IMG/VR virus record: IMGVR_UViG_3300017766_002093
Span: 1 to 48,053 of that record
Strand: one strand, 5' to 3'
DNA length: 48,053 nucleotides
Origin: a virus
Lineage: Duplodnaviria; Caudoviricetes
A program made the position numbers and the translations under genes. Below, piece by piece: positions 16,681 through 26,666 of this stretch. The notes beneath the pieces are model-generated. The model worked only from the letters and a program-made list of their open reading frames with translations, had not been told where the DNA came from and searched no databases. Each line of letters starts with the position of its first letter. The stretch's first letter is position 1.

Positions 16681-16985
16681 AAGGGGTGGCCGATCTGATC
16701 TCGCAGGTATTGAGTAACGGTAGGGCCGTTGCTCCGCCGGACGTAGCCAGCGAGCTAGAACCACATCCGATACACGTACTGCCCTCGGCAACGAAACGAG
16801 CTATCCGGAACGCAGAACGGTTGATCCGGCTCAACTCGTTACAGAACCCTACGGAATCGGAAGTACAATCGATTCGCGATTGCGTGAAAACAATTGCGGA
16901 TTTGGGTTTTAGACCCCCACGAAACTCCCGAGAATGTCGGGAAATGATAGACCAATTAGGAGCAGCGCATGGCGACAAATCTTAA
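16677..16985 (+). CDS. Hypothetical protein
   Basis: ATGA overlap within the operon. Confidence 0.6.
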   Translation: MKGVADLISQVLSNGRAVAPPDVASELEPHPIHVLPSATKRAIRNAERLIRLNSLQNPTESEVQSIRDCVKTIADLGFRPPRNSRECREMIDQLGAAHGDKS

Positions 16986-17424
16986 TCTATTTGACAATTG
17001 GCGGAAAACAGTCGCTAATCCTACGCGAGCCGCAGCTATAGCGGGTACGCTCAAAATGGCGCTGTTCAAAACTTTTTCACCGAGCCAGAATACCGACGAC
17101 TTTTACAACGATCTGACGGCGGGAACCAACGAGGTAACTGGGAGTAACTACTCCGCTGGGGGTAATGCTCTAGCGTCGCCTACGTGGACGGGTCCAGATG
17201 GCTCCGGCGTACTGACGTTCGACGCGGACGACCCAGCAACGTGGGCACAACACGCCTCGGGTTTTACGAACGCCAGGCGCGTTATTATCTACTACGATAC
17301 TGCAGTCGCTAGCACGTCCACTCTGGTCGCGTACAGTGATGATTTTGGCGCTGACGTAGGTAACACCGCTGCTGACGTAGTAATCACTCTGAACGCCTCT
17401 GGTATCTATACCTCACCACGGTAA
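16969..17424 (+). CDS. Putative minor virion/fibre-associated protein
   Basis: EVTGSNYSAGG..FDADD..W..ARRVIIYYDT..DFG..GI pattern seen in phage minor tail proteins. Confidence 0.7.
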   Translation: MATNLNLFDNWRKTVANPTRAAAIAGTLKMALFKTFSPSQNTDDFYNDLTAGTNEVTGSNYSAGGNALASPTWTGPDGSGVLTFDADDPATWAQHASGFTNARRVIIYYDTAVASTSTLVAYSDDFGADVGNTAADVVITLNASGIYTSPR

Positions 17425-17663
17425 TGGGTACTATTACACTGACTAAAACCAGCGAGTGTGCGGCAGGGGATCATTGGAACATCACGGTTACCGGCGATGC
17501 GAATAGAGAGATCCCCGGCCTGTACGCTCCGGACCTGTTAGCTCCTATAACGGAGACTGACGAGATGATATTCCTACGGGTCGCCCTTCGCCTGGCTAAA
17601 ATCGGGCGCACACAAAACCAGCTACGCACGGCGCTCAACAATGGGCTAACCATCACGATATGA
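17424..17663 (+). CDS. Hypothetical virion-cluster protein
   Basis: TAATG overlap. Confidence 0.7.
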   Translation: MGTITLTKTSECAAGDHWNITVTGDANREIPGLYAPDLLAPITETDEMIFLRVALRLAKIGRTQNQLRTALNNGLTITI

Positions 17664-18811
17664 CTCAGCTCGTACTACCCGGTCATCTACAGCGTACGCC
17701 AATGTGGAACCGTCGAGACGCCAATACCCTGGGCTCTACGGTGCTAAACGCAACGGGCGAAACGCTCTGTATGATCGGTTACGTCACACTAGAAAACCCT
17801 CTAAGCGGAAGCAAAACTCTATCCGCCGCTGGTGGAGGTAAAATTGTGTGGCGCTCGGCTAGCGTTACATTCGCCAACGGGAGCTCCACGTTCGACGTAG
17901 GTATTCAGGATGTATCTACGGCTGCCGCACCGGGTAGAGGTGACGGAACCTTTGACGTTAAGGCGTCGTTTACCGGGGGTGGTGGTGGTATAACGGCCAA
18001 CGCCGCCAACACCAGTACGATGACGAGCGGCACAAAAACGATAGCACAAGGGGACCTTGTTGCCCTAACGTTTGCGATGACCGTGCGGGCTGGCACGGAT
18101 GTGGTTACAGTCTCTCTATCAACAATAGCCCCGAGCGGACCACCTGATCCAACAATACCATTCTGTTGTGATAATACTGGGGGGAGCTATGCCAGGAACG
18201 CTGGAGGTGCGGTTCCCAACGCGTATATCGTTTTCGATGATGGTACTGTGGGGTGGATATACGGCTGCGCGTACGTGAATGCTCTCGGCACCGTAGCGTT
18301 CAATTCTACTACAGGCACAGCAGACGAGTATGGCAATATTGTGTATCCCCGCGCGCCTACGTATGCGATGGGGTTGTCGGCGGTGTTTTCTGCGGTAGCG
18401 TCGCCTGCCTCCGCCGCGTCGATGGAATTAATACTCTACTCCGACCCCCTCGGAACACCGGTTGCGGAACGAGTGGAGACTATCGAATCGGAGAGTATAG
18501 GTAGCGTGGCAGGTGAACTATTGTGTATGTTCACGACGCCGTTTTTAATGAGGGCGTATACGAGCTATGCGTTAACAGTTAGACCCACGACAAACACGAA
18601 CTGGACGCTACGCTATCACGATAACCACACTACGGCGGAAGCCGCTAAAACCGGAGCCCCTAACGCGAATTGCTACGCGGTTAGACGTCTGAATAATAGC
18701 GGAGCATTCTCAGATTATAACGGAGGAACTGCGAAAACCCGAGCGATGACAATGTGGTTGCATACCATGTATGTACAGCAGAATTACAACCAAGCCGGGT
18801 GGTCGATGTGA
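17660..18811 (+). CDS. Putative virion appendage/receptor-binding protein, paralog A
   Basis: T/G/A-rich, beta-rich; aligns end to end with 18808..19956. Confidence 0.7.
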   Translation: MTQLVLPGHLQRTPMWNRRDANTLGSTVLNATGETLCMIGYVTLENPLSGSKTLSAAGGGKIVWRSASVTFANGSSTFDVGIQDVSTAAAPGRGDGTFDVKASFTGGGGGITANAANTSTMTSGTKTIAQGDLVALTFAMTVRAGTDVVTVSLSTIAPSGPPDPTIPFCCDNTGGSYARNAGGAVPNAYIVFDDGTVGWIYGCAYVNALGTVAFNSTTGTADEYGNIVYPRAPTYAMGLSAVFSAVASPASAASMELILYSDPLGTPVAERVETIESESIGSVAGELLCMFTTPFLMRAYTSYALTVRPTTNTNWTLRYHDNHTTAEAAKTGAPNANCYAVRRLNNSGAFSDYNGGTAKTRAMTMWLHTMYVQQNYNQAGWSM

Positions 18812-19956
18812 CTCAGTTGGTGTTGTCAGGAACGCAAGAACGACTCCCAAGTCTACACCCGATAGACCCCTCAGCGGTCGCCGCTTCGGTGATAACGGTG
18901 AACGCGGCTGGTGAGACGCTGTGGTTCTGCGGCTATATAACCCTAGAAAACCCTCTGAGCGGGAGCAAAACTCTATCCGCCGCTGGTGGAGGTAAAATTG
19001 TGTGGTACGCCTCTACCGTTACCTTCGCCAACGGGAGCTCAACGTTCAAGGTCGGTATCCAGGATCTATTATTCGGTTCTGGTAGCGTAGCGCAGGGCGA
19101 TGGGACATTTGACGTTGAGGCGTCGTTTACCGGAGGTGGTGGAGGCATAACAAATAACGCCACTAACGAGAGCGCGATGACAAGCGGCACCAAAACCATA
19201 GCGCAGGGGGATCTCGTTGCTATTACATTTACCATGACGGCACGGAGTGGCGCGGATACGGTGAGCGTTTTAGCACAGAGCCCCGGTGTGTATACCGCGA
19301 ACATGAACTACCCTGTGAGTTCCAATAACACCGTGGGCGCCACGGCGGCAACCGCAATACGACCTAACGCATACATTGTTTTTGATGATGGTACTGTGGG
19401 GTGGATATACGGCACCGCGTACATCTCCGGGGCGATGGCCTCTATCACGTATAACTCCGGAACCGCTACGGCCGACGAATACGGCAATTTAATAATACCG
19501 AAGGACATATTCCATGCGGCAGGTATCGGGGGTTTGATAGCCAACACTACCGCCGGGGCGAATTTCGAGGCGATACTGTACTCAGACCCTCTCGGAACAC
19601 CGGTTGCCGAGAGAACGACGACAGTGACTCAGGCAACTACAGCGGCTCAAACGGGAGGGATAATCCTGTTTAGCTCTCCGTTCAGGATGAAGGCAGGGAC
19701 CCCCTACGCGATAGCGATCCGGCCAACAACGACCACTAGCATTGTACAGTATTATCACGACGGGCATACTACGGCAGCAGCCGCCAAGGTGGGACCACCT
19801 AACGCGAATTGCTATGCCGTCAGGCGTTTGGATAATTCGGGCGCGTTCTCCGACTATAACGGAGGCACCGCGAAAACCAGGCTTATGATATTAAGTGCGA
19901 TAGGAATGCACATACCACAGAATCGAAACCAAGCAGGCTACCAATTGAGGCTCTAA
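18808..19956 (+). CDS. Putative virion appendage/receptor-binding protein, paralog B
   Basis: GTG start at 18808 (MTQLVLSG, compare MTQLVLPG in A); GTGA overlap. Confidence 0.7.
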   Translation: MTQLVLSGTQERLPSLHPIDPSAVAASVITVNAAGETLWFCGYITLENPLSGSKTLSAAGGGKIVWYASTVTFANGSSTFKVGIQDLLFGSGSVAQGDGTFDVEASFTGGGGGITNNATNESAMTSGTKTIAQGDLVAITFTMTARSGADTVSVLAQSPGVYTANMNYPVSSNNTVGATAATAIRPNAYIVFDDGTVGWIYGTAYISGAMASITYNSGTATADEYGNLIIPKDIFHAAGIGGLIANTTAGANFEAILYSDPLGTPVAERTTTVTQATTAAQTGGIILFSSPFRMKAGTPYAIAIRPTTTTSIVQYYHDGHTTAAAAKVGPPNANCYAVRRLDNSGAFSDYNGGTAKTRLMILSAIGMHIPQNRNQAGYQLRL

Positions 19957-19957
19957 T

Positions 19958-20269
19958 ATGGCGAATGCAAACCCACCTACCAAAAACCAAGCATTCTATT
20001 TTTACGTAACGCTACGCGATACGACGGATAGTTTTTCAATCAAAAGTTCCCCGACTATCGCGGCGGGGGATTTTAAGGTCTCCACGGATGGGGGCGCGTT
20101 TGCCAACCTAACGACCTTACCGGCGGTCACTCCTGCGTCCAGTGTCGGGGTAAAAATCTCGCTGTCCGCAACGGAGATGAACGGCGACCAGGTGCTCGTA
20201 GTGTGGCAGGATCAAACAGACCCGAAGGAGTGGGTATCGGATAGCCTGTGTATAAACACCACGGCCTAA
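19958..20269 (+). CDS. Small beta-rich putative virion protein
   Basis: PTIAAGDFKVSTDGGAFANLTTLP..LSATEMN pattern; tight spacing. Confidence 0.65.
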   Translation: MANANPPTKNQAFYFYVTLRDTTDSFSIKSSPTIAAGDFKVSTDGGAFANLTTLPAVTPASSVGVKISLSATEMNGDQVLVVWQDQTDPKEWVSDSLCINTTA

Positions 20270-20276
20270 AATCTAA

Positions 20277-21050
20277 ATGTCCTGGCGCCTATACTTAGGT
20301 AATAGACCCTCAACGATACAGGTAGACCTGAACGCCGCGACGTTTACGTTTACCAGGAAGAGTATCGTATTCTATTGGGGCGTAGCCCTAGCCGCCGCAC
20401 AGTTCAATTTTACAGAACAGGCTCCGACGATACAGACTAGCTACGCTCTCGGCGTAGCACAGTTCGATTTTACGGAGAGCGCTTTTGACTGGCGACTTGC
20501 GCGATCCCTAAGCACTGCCTCGTTCAGCATGACCCAGGCAGCGCCATGGATTACCCAGACCTACGGTACGAACGTCGCTACGTTAGATTTCACCGAGCAA
20601 GCCGCAGGCAGACACTTCGCAGTAGACGTAGACAACGCCCCGACGTTCAGTTTCTCTGGTGCTTCTGTAACGTATGACTATCAATACAGCGTTGCCGCGC
20701 AACAACTATCGTGGTCCCCGCAGGCGATAAACATAAGTAGAGTCCTGAATCTTTCGTCGCCGACGCTCGCGTTAACGCCAAACGTCACGGCTACAGTGTT
20801 AAGTGTAGTTCTCTCTGCGGCGGGTCTCACAATGACACCGACGGACATCGTTAAACACACTTTAGTGTGGATGCAGTTAGGGGTGGCAGCGCTATCTACT
20901 ACTACGCACGCAATACAAAACACGCTGAGGCTCAACTTAGACCACGGCGTAGCGCAGCTTACGATACGAGTAGCGATATACATCTCGATCGGGGGCGTCA
21001 TCCTAGCGGGACTAGCCCGGTTGCGTACCCTGACAGGTACGGGACTATGA
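20277..21050 (+). CDS. Putative fibre protein with ~20-aa repeats
   Basis: Recurring A..F.FTEQA-like units. Confidence 0.6.
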   Translation: MSWRLYLGNRPSTIQVDLNAATFTFTRKSIVFYWGVALAAAQFNFTEQAPTIQTSYALGVAQFDFTESAFDWRLARSLSTASFSMTQAAPWITQTYGTNVATLDFTEQAAGRHFAVDVDNAPTFSFSGASVTYDYQYSVAAQQLSWSPQAINISRVLNLSSPTLALTPNVTATVLSVVLSAAGLTMTPTDIVKHTLVWMQLGVAALSTTTHAIQNTLRLNLDHGVAQLTIRVAIYISIGGVILAGLARLRTLTGTGL

Positions 21051-22594
21051 GGTTAGAGGACGTAATCCGCGCGGTTAAAGGGATGCCCCAGAAGGACCGG
21101 GACGAAGCCATCTCCATAGCCCTCGCGGTAACCGAGCACATGCCCTGGGTGCCGAACCCCGGACCACAGAGCGACGCGTATTTCTCCCCAGCGGACGAAC
21201 TATTCTATGGGGGGCAGGCAGGGGGTGGTAAGTCGGATCTGCTGATCGGTTTAGCACTAACAGCACACAAGAACTCGCTACTGCTACGCCGTACGAACCG
21301 GGAGGTAAACGGGCTGGTCGAGCGGCTAATGTCAATACTCGGATCGCGCGATGGGTATAACGGCCAGACGGGCGTTTGGCAGTATAAGGATCGCCGGATG
21401 GAGCTCGGCGGCTGCCAACTAGAGACGGATAAACAGAAGTACAAAGGGCGCGCACGGGATCTGTACGGGTTCGACGAGCTATCGGATTTTACAAAATCGC
21501 AGTACGAATTTATTATTGGTTGGAACAGGTCCACCGAACCGAATCAGCGGTGCCGAGTGGTCGCGGCAGGAAACCCGCCGACAACGGCAGAGGGTCAGTG
21601 GGTAGTAGAACGCTGGGCAGCTTGGTTGGATCAACGGCACCCTAACCCCGCCCAACCAGGGGAGTTACGCTGGTATACCCGAAATGAGAAGGGCGAGGAG
21701 ATTGAGGTAGACGGGCGAGGCCCCCATAAGGTAGGCGGGGATTTAGTATTCGCCAGGTCTCGAACGTTTATACCCGCACAGTTGGCCGATAATCCGGATT
21801 TGAAAGATACCAATTACCAGGCCAGCTTGGACGCGCTCCCTCCCGAATTACGCGCCGCTTATCGCGACGGGAATTTCCTAAGTGGGGCGGTAGACGATCC
21901 ATTCCAATTAATACCTACGGCGTGGGTCGTGGCCGCCCAGGAACGTTGGGAGCCGCGCCCTCCCATGGGCGTGCCTATGTGCGCAATAGGATGCGACGTG
22001 GCCGTAGCTAAAGACAAATTTGTGCTGGCACCCAGGTACGACGGATGGTTCGCCCCGTTGGTAGTGATACCTGGGCGAGAGGTAGCCAGTGCGCAGCTAG
22101 CAGCAGGTAAGGTAATCGCCACGAGGCGGGATAACGCTAAGGTCGTCGTGGACGTGGGAGGAGGATGGGGCGCCGATTGTTACGGGCATCTACTATCGAA
22201 CGGCATAGACTCCTTTGCGTATATGGGTGTTAAGGCCACGAACCAGAAGCTCGGGCAGTTCACATTTACCAACGTTCGTACGGCGGCGCTTTGGTCGTTT
22301 AGAGAGGCGTTAGACCCGTCTAAACCTGGTGGATCCGCCATAGCTTTGCCCCCGAGCAATACGCTTCGCGCGGATCTGTGTGCGCCGCAGTATGAGGTGC
22401 GACGCAAAGGGGATGGTATGGTCGTGGTGGCCGAATCCAAGGAGGACGTACGCGCGCGGCTTGGCCGATCTCCTGACGAGGGGGACGCGGTAGTCATGGC
22501 GTGGTATACTGGCACAAAACAACACAATATTTCAGAAGGGTGGGGGAAAAGAAACACACCCCCGGTTGTTAATCGAGGAAGGAGGTACACTTAA
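21047..22594 (+). CDS. terL: Terminase large subunit
   Basis: PNPGPQ, YGGQAGGGKS Walker A, FDEL Walker B, GNP coupling motif, IGCDVA, RSPDEGDA; ATG 21047 with ATGA overlap. Confidence 0.96.
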   Translation: MRLEDVIRAVKGMPQKDRDEAISIALAVTEHMPWVPNPGPQSDAYFSPADELFYGGQAGGGKSDLLIGLALTAHKNSLLLRRTNREVNGLVERLMSILGSRDGYNGQTGVWQYKDRRMELGGCQLETDKQKYKGRARDLYGFDELSDFTKSQYEFIIGWNRSTEPNQRCRVVAAGNPPTTAEGQWVVERWAAWLDQRHPNPAQPGELRWYTRNEKGEEIEVDGRGPHKVGGDLVFARSRTFIPAQLADNPDLKDTNYQASLDALPPELRAAYRDGNFLSGAVDDPFQLIPTAWVVAAQERWEPRPPMGVPMCAIGCDVAVAKDKFVLAPRYDGWFAPLVVIPGREVASAQLAAGKVIATRRDNAKVVVDVGGGWGADCYGHLLSNGIDSFAYMGVKATNQKLGQFTFTNVRTAALWSFREALDPSKPGGSAIALPPSNTLRADLCAPQYEVRRKGDGMVVVAESKEDVRARLGRSPDEGDAVVMAWYTGTKQHNISEGWGKRNTPPVVNRGRRYT

Positions 22595-22764
22595 TGGCTA
22601 GTCTATTTTCTAAACCAAAAATGCCACCACCGCCGAAAGTCATACCCATGGCGGACGAGGCGGCTATCTCCGCCGCAAAGCGGAAAAGTTTAGCTGCTCA
22701 GCAAAAGCGCAGCGGAAGGCAAAGCACAATATTATCGCAGGGTGACACGCTAGGAGGTCGGTGA
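22594..22764 (+). CDS. Small basic virion protein (T7 gp7.3-like position)
   Basis: Not in the track. MASLFSKPKMPPPPK..KRSGRQSTILSQGDTLGGR; AAGGAGG RBS; lies just before the portal. Confidence 0.8.
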   Translation: MASLFSKPKMPPPPKVIPMADEAAISAAKRKSLAAQQKRSGRQSTILSQGDTLGGR

Positions 22765-22766
22765 TT

Positions 22767-24410
22767 ATGAGCTCAGCAGAGGATCTCGTCACACAAGGGA
22801 AAACGCTATTTAACAAGCGGCAGAGCCTCCTCAGTTTATGGCAAGAACTGGCGGAGAACTTCTACCCGGAACGCGCCGACTTTACCTCGGATCGCTCTTT
22901 AGGCACAGAGTTCGCCTCCGACCTAGCCAATACGGCTCCTGTGTTGTTTCGGCGGGACCTCGCTAACTCGCTCGGTGGTATGTTACGTCCGACCAATAAG
23001 CAGTGGTTTCACACTCGCACGAGTAACTACGAGGATCTCGATACCGAGAGCCTGCGCTGGTTAGAACGAGCGGAGCAACGACAACGGCGAGCCATGTACG
23101 TCAAAGACGCCCAATTCCGGCGAGCTATGACAGAGCACGATAACGACCTGGCGACATTCGGGCAAGCCGTGTTGCAACTATCCCTAAACCGGAAACGAAC
23201 GCAACTGCTGTATCGCTGTAGGCACCTGCGCGACTGTGCTTGGCTGGAGAACGACGAGGGTGTGATCGATTGTGTGTATCGCAAGTGGAAGATGCGCGCG
23301 CTAGATGCGGTAGCACACTGGCCTGAAACGGCGGGATATAAACTGCGGGAACTCGCGAGTAAAGAACCCTATACGCTAGTGGAACTATGGCATTGCGTAA
23401 AACCTACGCCAGAGGACTACAAACCGGAGAAGGGGAAACTTAAAACCATATACAAATCCTACGTTGTCTATGCGGAAGAAGCGACCCTACTAGAGGAGAT
23501 AGGCGTCAATTTTCTAGGCTATGTAATCCCTCGTTGGCAAACCGTATCAGGATCTCAGTACGCGTTCTCTCCCGCCTCTATCACCGCGCTACCGGACGCG
23601 AGAACCCTTCAAGCGATGACGGTGACGTTGTTAGAAGCCGGAGAGAAAAGCGTTACACCTCCGTTGCTAGGGGTCCAAGAGGCGTTGCGTTCCGATGTGA
23701 ACGTGATGGCCGGCGGCATTACGTGGGTCGACCGGGAGTATGACGAACGACTAGGTGAGGTGCTTCGTCCGCTAACTATAGACAAGAGCGGCATCCCTCT
23801 GGGTATGGAATTAGCGGCAGGCATAGAGGCCCGTCTACGTGACGCATGGTTAATTAGTAAACTCAACATGCCCCCCGTGGGCGGCCCGGATATGACGGCT
23901 TATGAAGTAGGGCAACGAGTACAGGAATGGATACGGCAGGCGCTACCTTTGGTTGAACCGATCGAAACAGAGAGCAACGGCGGTGTCTGCGACGCTACGT
24001 TCGATATACTCATGGCGCAGGGTGTTTTTGGTGTTCCACAGGACAGGCCAGCTACTTTGCAGGATACTGAGGTTGTATTCACATTCGAGTCTCCTCTGCA
24101 CGACGCCCTGGAGCGAGTCAAAGCGCAGAAGTACATGGAAGCGCTTTCATTACTCGCCAATGCTACAGCGGCAGACCCATCTACCGCACACATACTGGAT
24201 CACACTAAAGCTGTTAGGGAGGCGCTGAATTGCTCTGGCGTACCAGCCGAATGGATGCGAACTACCGATGAAGTGCGGGAACTCGCCGACGCGGATAGGC
24301 AGGCACAACAGACTGCGGAACTTCTCGCTCAGTTACAACAAGGCGCGGATGTGGCCAGAACCCTTGGCACCACCCCCACGCCTTCGGGCACTTTAGGGGC
24401 AGGACAATGA
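22767..24410 (+). CDS. Portal / head-to-tail connector
   Basis: SLWQELAENFYP, PRWQTVSGSQY, MTAYEVGQR, FESPL; size and position fit. Confidence 0.92.
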   Translation: MSSAEDLVTQGKTLFNKRQSLLSLWQELAENFYPERADFTSDRSLGTEFASDLANTAPVLFRRDLANSLGGMLRPTNKQWFHTRTSNYEDLDTESLRWLERAEQRQRRAMYVKDAQFRRAMTEHDNDLATFGQAVLQLSLNRKRTQLLYRCRHLRDCAWLENDEGVIDCVYRKWKMRALDAVAHWPETAGYKLRELASKEPYTLVELWHCVKPTPEDYKPEKGKLKTIYKSYVVYAEEATLLEEIGVNFLGYVIPRWQTVSGSQYAFSPASITALPDARTLQAMTVTLLEAGEKSVTPPLLGVQEALRSDVNVMAGGITWVDREYDERLGEVLRPLTIDKSGIPLGMELAAGIEARLRDAWLISKLNMPPVGGPDMTAYEVGQRVQEWIRQALPLVEPIETESNGGVCDATFDILMAQGVFGVPQDRPATLQDTEVVFTFESPLHDALERVKAQKYMEALSLLANATAADPSTAHILDHTKAVREALNCSGVPAEWMRTTDEVRELADADRQAQQTAELLAQLQQGADVARTLGTTPTPSGTLGAGQ

Positions 24411-24694
24411 CAGTTAAGAATAAAGTAGAACAACCCGATCCGTTTAGAAGCGCGGATTGGGAGTTAGCCGACGCGAGCGCTATACAGGCTTGCGTACGGG
24501 GGCAGGCGACCCCAGAGCAGCAGCAACGCGCGATCAACTGGGTCGTGTATAGCGCGTGTTTGGTCGATGATATTGAGTATCGTACAAACGATCGGGATCA
24601 CGCATTTGCTAGTGGAAGAAGATTCCCGGCATTACAGCTACGCAAGTTGCTGAGTATAAATGTCGGGGCATTACGACAATTAAAAAAGGAGTAG
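24407..24694 (+). CDS. Conserved portal-adjacent protein (Bbp19-like)
   Basis: QQQRAINWVV..RDHAFASGRRF pattern. Confidence 0.7.
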   Translation: MTVKNKVEQPDPFRSADWELADASAIQACVRGQATPEQQQRAINWVVYSACLVDDIEYRTNDRDHAFASGRRFPALQLRKLLSINVGALRQLKKE

Positions 24695-24700
24695 AGCGTC

Positions 24701-25654
24701 ATGGCTGAAAACAATATCCTAAACACCAACACAGAGGGTACGGATGAGGAGACTACGGAAACCGTTAACACAAACCAACCGGCGGAGGGTGTTGTACCTC
24801 CGAGCCCAGCCTCAGGAACAACCCAAGAGCCTTCAGAACCACCAGCTAACGACTGGTTGGCGATACGAGAGCGCGTCGCCGGGAGCGACGAAAAACTACT
24901 GAAACAACTATCTCGTTATACGACGCTGGAGGATGCGTTGAAGGGTGGTGTAGAGGCGCGCAATAAGCTCGGCGGTATGAAGGCGTTGCAACCCTTAACG
25001 GACAAATCCACCCCGGAGGAGGTCGCAGAGTATAGAAAGGCGTACGGCATACCCGAAAACCCAGAGGGTTACGCCATTGACCTGCCGGATGGGTTGGTGC
25101 TCGGAGACGCGGATAAGCCCGTGGCGGATCGGGTAATAGCTGTTGCGCATAAACATAACGTTCCCCCCGCAGCGGTTAACGCCATAATAGCGGAGCACCT
25201 GACGGCACAGGAGGAGATCCTGGGCGAGCAGATCGCCAAGCAGCAACAGGCGTACAAGGAAAGTTTACAATTTTTGAAATCGGACGATGGGTGGGGTCGG
25301 GAGTTCGACAGTCGGGTTAATTCAATAAAGAATTTTCTGGCGGCTACTGCACCGGAGGGCACGCCGGAATTGCTAATGGGCGCACAACTAGCTGACGGTA
25401 CGCCTCTGGCGAATCATGTGCCCTCGCTCATGTGGTTGGCGAATCTAGCAGGGGAGTTCAACCCTATGCCGGTATTGCCAGGAATTAACGAGTCAACACC
25501 TACCGCCTCGATCGAGGAGGAAGTTGCCAAGCTGCGCAAGATGATGGGCGATAAAAATAGCGACTACTGGAAAGGACCTCTAGCGCAAGCCAATCAAGAT
25601 CGCATGTATAAGCTGGGCGAAGTGTTAGCTGAACGACAAAAAAGAGGGGCTTGA
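24701..25654 (+). CDS. Capsid assembly scaffolding protein
   Basis: Acidic Pro-rich N-terminus, GIPENPEGY, SDYWKGP; lies before the capsid gene. Confidence 0.8.
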   Translation: MAENNILNTNTEGTDEETTETVNTNQPAEGVVPPSPASGTTQEPSEPPANDWLAIRERVAGSDEKLLKQLSRYTTLEDALKGGVEARNKLGGMKALQPLTDKSTPEEVAEYRKAYGIPENPEGYAIDLPDGLVLGDADKPVADRVIAVAHKHNVPPAAVNAIIAEHLTAQEEILGEQIAKQQQAYKESLQFLKSDDGWGREFDSRVNSIKNFLAATAPEGTPELLMGAQLADGTPLANHVPSLMWLANLAGEFNPMPVLPGINESTPTASIEEEVAKLRKMMGDKNSDYWKGPLAQANQDRMYKLGEVLAERQKRGA

Positions 25655-25679
25655 CACACAGTTACGAATCTGATATTTT
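25651..25679 (+). promoter_or_regulatory. Promoter for the capsid gene
   Basis: TTGACA-17 bp-TATTTT. Confidence 0.65.
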
Positions 25680-25684
25680 AACCG

Positions 25685-25773
25685 CAAGTCGAAGTAGGCC
25701 CCGACGAGCAGGTAGTGCGCCCCGACAAGGACAACCGTAACAACCTGCCAGGATCGGACACCCCGAAGAACTT
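25685..25773 (+). promoter_or_regulatory. Structured 5' leader of the major capsid gene
   Basis: Nested stems CAAGT/ACTTG and GCAGGT/ACCTGC with a repeated GCCCCGA...GGACA motif. Confidence 0.5.
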
Positions 25774-25810
25774 GAAGATTTTTTTTCAACTTTTTTAGGA
25801 GTGCCCAATC

Positions 25811-26647
25811 ATGGCAGAATCCGCCGCGCAAATCCAATACCGCCAGGAGTTCATCGCTGGCTTTGAACAAAACCAAACACTCTTACGCCAGACCGTAACC
25901 TCTGAGAGCGTAATCAAAGGCAATCAGGCTACGTTTCTCGTAGCAGATTCCGGCGACGCTTCCGCCGTTACCCGTGGGCTTAATGGTCTTATCCCTGGCC
26001 GTGCTGATAGCCTGACGCAGAACACCGCAACCTTGGCTGAATGGCACGACAAGGTGGTTAAAACCGGTTTCAACATTTTCCAATCCCAAGGCGATCAACG
26101 TCGCATTATGCAAGAGACCACGCTCGGCGTTGTCAACCGCAAGATCGACCAGGACATCATCGGCGAACTGAATGGTGGCAGTGTGACCCAGGACACGGGA
26201 ACAGCACAACAGGCCAGCCTGTCGTTGGTTATGTACGGCCTGGCGATTCTGGGTAATAACTCAGTACCTTTGGACGGCAATATCAGCGGACTGATTACCC
26301 CGGCGTTCTGGGCATACTTGATGCAAACCAAAGAGTTTACCAACGTTGAATATGTTAACAACAAGCCGTTCACAAACGCGCCTGTTATGTTCCGCTGGGC
26401 AAACGTAAATTGGATCGTGCACCCGAACCTACCAGGCAAAGCCACCAACGCGGAGAAGTGCTTTCTGTACCACCGCAACGCTGTGGGACACGCTATTAAT
26501 CCAGCAGGCATCAACAGCACCATCGGCTACGTCGAAGAGCACGATTATTCCTTCGCGTTGTGTACCGTATACATGGGTGCGAAGCTGCTGCAGGCAGAAG
26601 GCGCAGTGATTCTGAACCACGACGGCTCAGCCTTCGCTGCTCAATAA
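25811..26647 (+). CDS. Major capsid protein
   Basis: Follows the scaffold; QYRQEFIAGFEQ..LR, NRKIDQDII; host-like codon usage. Confidence 0.88.
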   Translation: MAESAAQIQYRQEFIAGFEQNQTLLRQTVTSESVIKGNQATFLVADSGDASAVTRGLNGLIPGRADSLTQNTATLAEWHDKVVKTGFNIFQSQGDQRRIMQETTLGVVNRKIDQDIIGELNGGSVTQDTGTAQQASLSLVMYGLAILGNNSVPLDGNISGLITPAFWAYLMQTKEFTNVEYVNNKPFTNAPVMFRWANVNWIVHPNLPGKATNAEKCFLYHRNAVGHAINPAGINSTIGYVEEHDYSFALCTVYMGAKLLQAEGAVILNHDGSAFAAQ

Positions 26648-26666
26648 TTCTTCGGAGGATTAAAAA

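Noticed and set aside
17660-19956. Diversity-generating retroelement (TR/VR pair), suggested by the BPP-1-like gene set
   Set aside because: Differences between the paralogs are not adenine-specific, both copies are full genes, and no reverse transcriptase is present
20867-21046. N-terminal extension of TerL in the ORF track
   Set aside because: It overlaps the upstream gene by about 180 bp; ATG 21047 gives the normal ATGA coupling
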